DNA from: an uncultured Qipengyuania sp. | GTDB lineage: Bacteria > Pseudomonadota > Alphaproteobacteria > Sphingomonadales > Sphingomonadaceae | DNA length: 59,053 nucleotides | NCBI GenBank assembly: GCA_964407585.1 | Contig: CAYOWF010000001.1 | Location: 1 to 59,053, forward strand | Direction of reading: 5' to 3' | Part shown: in pieces, positions 18,549 through 25,736 of the stretch | How the letters are laid out: each line of letters begins with the position of its first letter | How positions within the stretch are numbered: position 1 is the first letter of the stretch | Notes under the pieces: generated by a model | The model's database searches: none | What the model saw: the letters and a program-made list of their open reading frames with translations, nothing else | What the model was told of the DNA's origin: nothing | Program-made: the position numbers and the translations under genes

Positions 18549-19562
18549 TTGAGAATTCTCGTCACCGGAGCGGCCGGCCTTCTGGGCGGCGAGGTCTGCG
18601 CAAGGCTGCTTGCCGCGGGGCACGAAGTCACCGGGCTCGTGCACCGCAATCCGGCGGTCTGCTCAAACGAGGGCAGTTCGGTCCCGATCGAAACCGTGAC
18701 CGGCGACGTCTCTCAACCGCACTTCGGCTGGGACGAGGCGCAATTCCGTGAGGTTGCAGCCGCGCATGATACGCTCGTCCATTGCGCCGCCACCGTCCGC
18801 TTCGACCTTGCGGAAGAGGACTATCGCGCGGTCAATATCGACGGCGTCGCGCATGCACTGGCACTGGCCGAAGCCGGCGGAATGGACGTCCTCCATGTCT
18901 CGACCGCCTATGTCTGCGGCGATACCAGCGGAATTATCCGCGAGGACCGGCCTCTCCCGGAATACGGATTCGCCAACGGTTACGAAGCCAGCAAGGCCGC
19001 GGGCGAGCGACTGGTGCGCGAGAGCGGGTTGCGTTGGGCGATCGCGCGTCCCTCGATCGTCGTGGGCGAATATGCGAGCGGTACGATACGCCAGTTCGAC
19101 ACGACTTATGCAGCGTTCAAGCTCATCGCCGAAGGGCGCGTGCGGCACATGCCCGCGCGCGGTGACGGAACGCTCGACTTCGTGCCGATCGATCACGTCG
19201 CCGGCGGCATAAGCATGCTGGCCGGTCGCATTGCCGAAACGGCGGGCGGAACCTTCCATCTCGTATCGGGTCAGCCGCTTCCTGTCGGGGATTTTGCCAG
19301 GGCGATCGGCTCCTATCCGCAGTTCCATCGGCCCGAGCTGGTACCGCCCGAAGACTTCGACCCTACTGTCCTCCCCGCGCTCGAACGCCGCCTCTACCGG
19401 CGGGTGGCCGGCCTCTATGCGAGTTATTTCCAGCGCCACCCGCGCTTTTCCGACGGCGCATTCCGTGCGCTGGCCGGTCGCGGATGCCCGCCTACCGGCT
19501 TGCCCTATATCCGGCGCCTTATCGACTATTGCATCGAGGTGGGCTTCCTGCCGGATGCCTAG
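18549..19562 (+). CDS. Extended SDR / NAD_binding_4 (fatty acyl reductase-like) oxidoreductase
   Basis: ILVTGAAGLLG, HCAATVRF, HVSTAYV, YEASK, RPSIV, DFVPID; start TTG 18549. Confidence 0.85.
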   Translation: MRILVTGAAGLLGGEVCARLLAAGHEVTGLVHRNPAVCSNEGSSVPIETVTGDVSQPHFGWDEAQFREVAAAHDTLVHCAATVRFDLAEEDYRAVNIDGVAHALALAEAGGMDVLHVSTAYVCGDTSGIIREDRPLPEYGFANGYEASKAAGERLVRESGLRWAIARPSIVVGEYASGTIRQFDTTYAAFKLIAEGRVRHMPARGDGTLDFVPIDHVAGGISMLAGRIAETAGGTFHLVSGQPLPVGDFARAIGSYPQFHRPELVPPEDFDPTVLPALERRLYRRVAGLYASYFQRHPRFSDGAFRALAGRGCPPTGLPYIRRLIDYCIEVGFLPDA

Positions 19563-20281
19563 CGTATGTCGGGATAATGCCGCGCCATCCTGTCGCGCAG
19601 GCCGAAGGCCCAGAGCATGCCGACCTTGAAATAGACCCAGTTCGCCCTGAGCGGCCCCCATGCGGCGATCCGCCGGTCCGAAGTGTAGACCCTGCGCGGC
19701 ACCATCTTCACCCGGCCCAGCGCCGCAAATTTCACGCAGAGGTCGGCCTCCTCCATCACCGCATCGCCGGGCGTGCAGCCCCCGACCGCCAGGAAATCGG
19801 CCCTGCGAAAGAACATCGCATGGTCGCCGAACAACAGCCGCACGCCGCGAAGGAAGAGATGTGGCCGGGTCAGAAGCGGCGCGTACCAGGTCTTGGCCCA
19901 GTTGTGCACGGTGGTCCCCCAGCGCGTCTTCTCGGGCCCGCGGATGACGGGCGTAAAGCTGGCCAGCGCGATGCGCCTGTCGGCAAGCGTATCCTCGACA
20001 ACCCGCACCATGTCCTGCGGCGGGAGCGTGTCCGCATGAACCACGCAGACACTATCCCCCCGCGCCTGGTCGACCCCGTAATTGATCTGCTGCGCCCTGC
20101 CCTTCTCGCAGGACAGCACGCGCCAACCCGCATCCTTTGCAATGGCGACGCTCGCATCGCTACTGCCCCCGTCGACCAGCAGGATCTCCTCCGGCTCCGG
20201 ATCCAGCGCTGCAAGCACTTCGACGAGTGCAGGCAACGCCTTTTCCTCGTCCAGCACCGGCACGAGAATTGTGACGCTCAT
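19559..20281 (-). CDS. GT2 glycosyltransferase, TIGR04283-like
   Basis: ILVPVLDE, VDGGSSD, GRAQQIN.G, HADT, FGDHAMF.RR..F..VGG, MEE, TS.RR; start at MSVTIL. Confidence 0.85.
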   Translation of the reverse strand: MSVTILVPVLDEEKALPALVEVLAALDPEPEEILLVDGGSSDASVAIAKDAGWRVLSCEKGRAQQINYGVDQARGDSVCVVHADTLPPQDMVRVVEDTLADRRIALASFTPVIRGPEKTRWGTTVHNWAKTWYAPLLTRPHLFLRGVRLLFGDHAMFFRRADFLAVGGCTPGDAVMEEADLCVKFAALGRVKMVPRRVYTSDRRIAAWGPLRANWVYFKVGMLWAFGLRDRMARHYPDIR

Positions 20282-20853
20282 TCGAATTCGGGCCATTGGG
20301 CGAGGTCTTCGGCGGTATCGATATCCGCCAGTTCGGGCAGCACCGCAGGCCCTATCCCGCGCGCCGCCAGCCGGGCGAGCGTTTCCGGCAGGACGCTCGG
20401 CGTGCTCCACGCCATGTCCTCGAACAGGAAAGGCACGGGTTCGCTGAAGCCGATGAGGTAATAGCCCCCGTCGTTCGCCGGACCCAGTACCACCCGTCGC
20501 TCTTCCAGCGCGCCGGCGGCCGCCTGCAGCAGGGATGCCGTAACGCCCGGGCAATCGCTCCCGATCAGAAGCGCCGGCGCATCCACCCGCCCCATCTTCG
20601 CGCCAAGGTCGCCATCGCCCTGATCGACCACCGAAACCTCCGCCCCGAACAGGTCATGGAATGCGGACACTTCGCCGCCGGTCACGCGCAATTCGAAATC
20701 GAGCCCGCTTTCCTTCGCCGCTTCGACCGTCTGCGCCAGCATACGCGCGTAAAGCCGCGCCGCACCTTCCTCGCCCAAGGCGGGAACGAGGCGGGTCTTC
20801 ACCTTGCCCGGGACCGGAAGACGGGCGAAAATCGAAAGCTTGGGAGACGTCAT
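20278..20853 (-). CDS. DUF2064 / TIGR04282-like nucleotidyl/glycosyl-transferase
   Basis: FARLPVPGKVKTRL, QGDGDLG.KM, IGSDCP, LGPA.DGGYYLIG, W ST, DIDT.EDL. Confidence 0.9.
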   Translation of the reverse strand: MTSPKLSIFARLPVPGKVKTRLVPALGEEGAARLYARMLAQTVEAAKESGLDFELRVTGGEVSAFHDLFGAEVSVVDQGDGDLGAKMGRVDAPALLIGSDCPGVTASLLQAAAGALEERRVVLGPANDGGYYLIGFSEPVPFLFEDMAWSTPSVLPETLARLAARGIGPAVLPELADIDTAEDLAQWPEFE

Positions 20854-20884
20854 CGCCGCGCAGGATAGCGTCGTCCGCCGCTGG

Positions 20885-21095
20885 TGAAAGGGCCGATCGA
20901 GAAAACTGGTTGGGTGTTTCCTTTTGGCAGTCGGATCGCAACGGTCTCGCCATTCGAACGCACGCTACGATCCGCGCTCCCAGGCCCAGCAAGCGCCGGA
21001 ACACCCGTTCCTCCGGATGGTTCTTGCAAATGCACGGTTCCCGCCCGGGCATAGCGGTCCGGTTGGCCGTCTTACCCTCACGTGTCGGCGATCGA
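20885..21095 (-). ncRNA. Candidate structured non-coding RNA or cis-regulatory leader (family unassigned)
   Basis: Intergenic; 11-bp stem with two G-U wobbles (20973-20963/20943-20933), nested GCAAG/CTTGC and CCGGA/TCCGG stems, and a loop complementary to distal AACACCC; boundaries approximate. Confidence 0.55.
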
Positions 21096-21189
21096 ATCAT
21101 TCCATTTTAGACGCGTGAATTGCCGCAGGAATCGCTTCGCCGATTGCGGTGCGCCGCAATCGGTCGTCACTCAACGAGGAGAATTGCAA

Positions 21190-21378
21190 ATGCCTGCTCA
21201 GTCGAAAGCCCAGCAAGAAGCAGCCGGCGCAGCTCTGGCGGCCAAACGCGGAGATGCGGCCAAGTCCGACCTGCGTGGCGCGTCCAGGGAAATGTATGAA
21301 TCGATGTCCGAAGAGGAACTTGAGGATTTTGCGGAGACCGAGCGAGAGGGTCTGCCCGAGCACGTAGACGACAACTGA
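21190..21378 (+). CDS. DUF3008 family small protein
   Basis: MPAQSKAQQEAAGAALAAKRG...GAS.EMY.SMSE.ELEDFA; GAGGAG RBS upstream of ATG 21190. Confidence 0.85.
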   Translation: MPAQSKAQQEAAGAALAAKRGDAAKSDLRGASREMYESMSEEELEDFAETEREGLPEHVDDN

Positions 21379-21566
21379 CTTCAACTCCTGTGCCGAGTTC
21401 GCGCATAAAGGCTATGGTCGCAATTGGCTGGAAAGCAGAATAGCCTTACGCGTTCATCTTCTTTCGCAAGCGAATGGGCAATGATTCTCGGATGCAGGGA
21501 AAGCTCGAAAAACCCGTACTGGCGGTGCCCTGCCACCAGCGGCAAGACCAAGAAAAAGGGGTTCGA

Positions 21567-22790
21567 ATGGCGCGCACGTTAGGACTGCGTCGCTTCCGGT
21601 CTCGCACCATGATCGCTTGCGCCGTCTTGTGCACTGCAGGCATGGCGGTGTCTCCGTCCGGTGCTCTCGCACAATCGACTGCGCCCCTTGAGATAACCAC
21701 CGTGTGTTCGGCCAATGGCGTCACGGTCGAGGGCGGGTTCGAGACTTCCCGAATTTCTTCCTGCGCCTTCGATGCACAGGGGAAGCTGGAAGTAATGCTC
21801 GAACCGGAGGATGCAGGGCCGATCAATTGCAGTCCATGGTACCATTTCCGCTTGCGCAGGACGGACGGCGCGTCTGTCGATCCGGTGCCCTTACGCTTTC
21901 GCTACGCGACCTGCGAGCACCGGTACGACCCAAAGGCCAGTATCGACTGGCGAGACTGGCAACCGCTCGATCGGATTTCCAGCCACGAAGACCTGCCGAC
22001 CTTTGCGGTGCCGGTTGGTCGGGAGCCGGTCTACATTGCGGCGCAGGAAAGCTTGCCTGCCGCCACATACCAGGATTGGGCCGATGGCCTGGTGGCCGAG
22101 GGCAAGGCTCGCCGTAGCCCGATCGGGCAAAGCGTCGAAGGCCGGCCCCTGCATGCATTGTCGATCGGCAATCCGGACGCAGAGCGGGTCGCTCTGATCC
22201 TCGGTCGCCAGCATCCGCCGGAGATTTCGGGTTCGCTTGCGCTGTTCGCATTCATCCACACCATCGTGGCCGACACTCCGGCTGCAGCGGCTTTTCGCGA
22301 CAGAACCCGGATCGTCGCCATACCCCTGGTCAATCCGGACGGCGTTGCTGCGGGCCACTGGCGCCATAATTCGGGAGGGACCGACCTCAATCGCGACTGG
22401 GGCAAGTTCACCCAGCCCGAAACGCGCGCAGTCCAAGCCTATCTCGACCGAGTGCTCGCGCGGGGAAGCAGGCTGGAACTGGTCCTCGATTTCCATTCTA
22501 CCCGACAGGACGTGCTGTACACGCTGCCGGAAGAAGCACGCACACGTCCGGAGAATTTCATTCCCATGTGGACTGCGGCACTGGAGCGCAGGCTGCCCGA
22601 CTTTTCCTTCGCGCTCGACCCCGGCTATTCGGCGGGAAGCGGCGTCGCGAAGAACTATTTCCACGAGCGCTACGGCGTGCCTGCCGTGACTGTGGAATTC
22701 GGGGACGATACGGATCGCGAGGCGGTTGCACGTGCCGGACAGGCGGCAGCGCTCGCCATGTTCGATGTTTTCGAGGAACTCGACGACTAG
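21567..22790 (+). CDS. Exported M14 zinc carboxypeptidase (CCP/Nna1-like)
   Basis: Signal-like N-terminus ending ALA-Q; W Y.F, G.SVEGR, HPPE (HxxE), NPDG, DLNRDW, DFH, TVE motifs. Confidence 0.85.
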   Translation: MARTLGLRRFRSRTMIACAVLCTAGMAVSPSGALAQSTAPLEITTVCSANGVTVEGGFETSRISSCAFDAQGKLEVMLEPEDAGPINCSPWYHFRLRRTDGASVDPVPLRFRYATCEHRYDPKASIDWRDWQPLDRISSHEDLPTFAVPVGREPVYIAAQESLPAATYQDWADGLVAEGKARRSPIGQSVEGRPLHALSIGNPDAERVALILGRQHPPEISGSLALFAFIHTIVADTPAAAAFRDRTRIVAIPLVNPDGVAAGHWRHNSGGTDLNRDWGKFTQPETRAVQAYLDRVLARGSRLELVLDFHSTRQDVLYTLPEEARTRPENFIPMWTAALERRLPDFSFALDPGYSAGSGVAKNYFHERYGVPAVTVEFGDDTDREAVARAGQAAALAMFDVFEELDD

Positions 22791-24196
22791 GGAGCGGACT
22801 TGCAGCGCAAGTTGGCCGGTGCCGCATCGAGCGCTGCGACGGTGCGGTCAACCTGGCCCGCAGCATCGCCCAGATAGGTGGAATAATCGAGCAGGGCATC
22901 GATCTCCCCGCGCAGATAAGGCTCGAGCAGTTCGTCTTTCATCAATTCTTCTCGGAACGAGCGGCCCGTCTCGACCGAACGTTTCGCGGCCTGCGACACA
23001 TGCTCCTCGGCGCGCTCCTTGCCGATCCGGCCGGTCAGGTGAAACACGATACGTTGTGCAAGGATCATCCCGTCGGTCTTGCCCAGATTTTCGCGCATGC
23101 GATCCGGATCGACCTCCAGACGCCGCAAGAGCGTGCCGAGATCGGACACGCTGTCGGACGCATCGATGGAAATCTGCTCCAGCGACCGGTTGGGGCGCGA
23201 CGTGTTGTCGCGTTCGAAGACATTGGCAATGTCGTCTAGGAGGACGCTTGCCTGCGCAGGGATGCTGCGCCCGAGGTGCATGAGGCTTTCCGAGCGGCTG
23301 GGATTGCGTTTGTGGGGCATGCTGCTGCTGCTAACCGCAGATCCGGGCCGTTCTTCGTAAACTTCGCCGATATCCGTCATTTGCAGGAGAAATATCTCCT
23401 GTCCGATTCCTGCGTTGACCCGTGCCATGATGGCCAGGGCGGCTGCATATTCGCCGAACACGTCGCGCATGCCGTGCCAGTCGGCCGGGTATAGGTCCGC
23501 AAAGCCCAGATGGGCGGCTGCGCGGCGTTCGACCTCAACCGCCTGATCTCCCAGGCCGAGATGCGTTCCGACCGCGCCTTTGACCACGCCGAGGCGGCCG
23601 ATCTTGCAATGAACCTGCTCGAGGCGGTCGATATTGCGCCGGTTGGCGTCGGCCCATACGGCGACCTTCTTGCCGAAGGTGATAGGCAGGGCATGCTGTC
23701 CCAGCGTGCGCCCAACCATCGGTGTCTCGCGATGGCGCTTGGCAAGTTCGATCATCGACCGCTCGTTCGCCACCATGCGCTCATGCATGCTTTCGATGCT
23801 GCGGCGAAGCTGGAGAGCCATCACTGCGTCGTAGATATCGACCGTCGTCGGCCCGAAGTGCAGGGCATCGCTGGCTTCCGGTGTCAGCGAGCGGCGCCAG
23901 ACATTGAGCAGCGCCACCAGCCTGTGGCGCACGATATCGTATTCCGCCCTCCAGGCTTCCTGCGTGACGGTATCGGTATTGCCGGTGCGAGCGATCTCGT
24001 TTGCGGCATCTCTGGATATGATCCCCAGATCCGCCTGGGCCTGGGCGATCGCCGTTTCGACTTCCATGACCAGCGCATTGGTCTCTTTCTGTTCGAAGAT
24101 AGCTTCCACGTCTTCCGCGGCACGAACTGGCGAGACGGTTGCAAGGCTCAGAGATGAGACTGCAACCAGGCCCTTCAAGATTGCACGAAGTTTCAT
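22787..24196 (-). CDS. Fumarase/aspartase-superfamily lyase (PurB/PcaB-like) with predicted signal peptide
   Basis: HFGPTTVD, GRTLGQHALPITFG, GAVGT, SSSMPHKRNP signature, ERD; N-terminus MKLRAILKGLVAVSSLSLATVSPVRA. Confidence 0.85.
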   Translation of the reverse strand: MKLRAILKGLVAVSSLSLATVSPVRAAEDVEAIFEQKETNALVMEVETAIAQAQADLGIISRDAANEIARTGNTDTVTQEAWRAEYDIVRHRLVALLNVWRRSLTPEASDALHFGPTTVDIYDAVMALQLRRSIESMHERMVANERSMIELAKRHRETPMVGRTLGQHALPITFGKKVAVWADANRRNIDRLEQVHCKIGRLGVVKGAVGTHLGLGDQAVEVERRAAAHLGFADLYPADWHGMRDVFGEYAAALAIMARVNAGIGQEIFLLQMTDIGEVYEERPGSAVSSSSMPHKRNPSRSESLMHLGRSIPAQASVLLDDIANVFERDNTSRPNRSLEQISIDASDSVSDLGTLLRRLEVDPDRMRENLGKTDGMILAQRIVFHLTGRIGKERAEEHVSQAAKRSVETGRSFREELMKDELLEPYLRGEIDALLDYSTYLGDAAGQVDRTVAALDAAPANLRCKSAP

Positions 24197-24205
24197 CGGC
24201 CAAAA

Positions 24206-25678
24206 CTATCCGAATACCAAGGGAACGAGATAGAGGGAGACAACCGTAAGCACGGCTACGCCAATCAGGTTCAGCACCACGCCGGCCCGCATCATCCTGG
24301 GTATCGAGACCGAGCCCGAACTGAAGACGATGGCGTTTGGCGGTGTGGCAACCGGCAGCATGAATGCACAGCTTGCAGCAAGCGTAACCGGGACCACGAA
24401 CAGCAGCGGGTCCTGCCCGGTTTCGACCGCCACCGCCGCCATGACCGGCAGGAAGGTGGCAGTGGTGGCAAGATTGCTAGTCAGCTCGGTCAGGAAGATG
24501 ACCAGCAACGTGGCCGCGACTACGAGGATGGCGATGTTGATGGTTCCCAGGGGCGCCAGCGATTCCCCGATCCATTGCGTCAGGCCCGACGATGTCATGG
24601 CACCGGCGAGGGCCAGACCGCCGCCGAACAGGATCAGGACGCCCCACGGCAGGTCGCGCGTATCTTCCCAGCGCACCAGCGCGCCGCTGCGGGAGCCTGC
24701 CGGCAAGATGAAGGCCGCCAGCGCAATGGCCATGGCGATCCCGGCATCGGTCACGCCTGAAAGGCCTAGCGTTTCCTCGAACGGAGCGCGCAGCACCCAG
24801 GCGGCGACCAGCAGAATAAACAATATGCCGACGCGCTTTTCCGCGGTGGAGGCTTTCCCGAGATCGGTGCCAAGTCGGGCGAGGTGGCCACGCGCCTCCT
24901 CTGTCGACCGGAAACCGACCTTGAAGACCAGCCGCGTCAGCACGATCCACGTCAGCGGAAGCATCACGACGGTCACCGGCACGCCGACCAACATCCAGCG
25001 GGCGAAGTCGATCGTGATCCCGTAATTGCTTTCGAGGAAGCCCGACATGAACGCATTGGGCGGCGTTCCGACCAGTGTCGCCACCCCTCCCAGCGTCGCG
25101 CCGTAAGCGAGGCCGAGAAGCAGGGAGGTTTCGAAATCGGACCGTTCACTTTGGGAGAGTTCACCCATGCCTTCGCGGATGACGACGATTACCGACATGG
25201 CGATCGGCAACAGCATAAGGGCAGTCGAGGTATTCGATATCCACATGCTGATGAGTGCCGCAGCCAGCATGAAGCCACCGACCAGAGAGCGACCATCCAT
25301 TCCGGCGATGCCGAGAATGCTCAAGGCCACCCTGCGGTGGAGCCCCGATCGTTCGATCGCCAGCGCCATGACGAAGCCGCCGAAGAAGAGATAGATGATC
25401 GGATGCGCGTAAAGCGGGGCCGTCTCGTCCATCGGCATGACGCCGAGGAAGGGAAACAGGACCATCGGCAGGAAGGCGGTGACAGCGATCGGAATCGCCT
25501 CCGTTCCCCACCAGACGGCCATCAGCACGGCCACCGCTGCGGTGCGGATGCCGGCATCGGACAGTCCCTCGGGAGCGAACCCCGCAAGGATGGCAATTGC
25601 GGCCAGCGGACCCAGCACGAGGCCAATCTTCTGGTGCGTGGCGGGGGCGGTCAGCTCCTCGCTCTCCGATCGGGTCAT
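24206..25678 (-). CDS. DASS/SLC13 sodium:dicarboxylate (anion) symporter
   Basis: WWGTEAIP, SMWISNTST, GTPPN, TELTSNLAT, AFMLPVATPPNAIV. Confidence 0.92.
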   Translation of the reverse strand: MTRSESEELTAPATHQKIGLVLGPLAAIAILAGFAPEGLSDAGIRTAAVAVLMAVWWGTEAIPIAVTAFLPMVLFPFLGVMPMDETAPLYAHPIIYLFFGGFVMALAIERSGLHRRVALSILGIAGMDGRSLVGGFMLAAALISMWISNTSTALMLLPIAMSVIVVIREGMGELSQSERSDFETSLLLGLAYGATLGGVATLVGTPPNAFMSGFLESNYGITIDFARWMLVGVPVTVVMLPLTWIVLTRLVFKVGFRSTEEARGHLARLGTDLGKASTAEKRVGILFILLVAAWVLRAPFEETLGLSGVTDAGIAMAIALAAFILPAGSRSGALVRWEDTRDLPWGVLILFGGGLALAGAMTSSGLTQWIGESLAPLGTINIAILVVAATLLVIFLTELTSNLATTATFLPVMAAVAVETGQDPLLFVVPVTLAASCAFMLPVATPPNAIVFSSGSVSIPRMMRAGVVLNLIGVAVLTVVSLYLVPLVFG

Positions 25679-25736
25679 CCCGGCGCTCCGTTATATTTAT
25701 TCAGGCAGAAAGACTGATTGAGGCAGACGCGCATCC

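Noticed and set aside
20885-21095. Assignment of the structured RNA as 6S RNA or a cobalamin riboswitch
   Set aside because: No long closing rod or zapA/ygfA context for 6S, and no B12 box; only short word-level similarity.
21372-21381. CAACTGACTT 10-mer matching tRNA-Lys as a possible att site for the islet
   Set aside because: Too short, inverted relative to the tRNA, not its 3' end, and no integrase is present; the islet is not called a mobile element.
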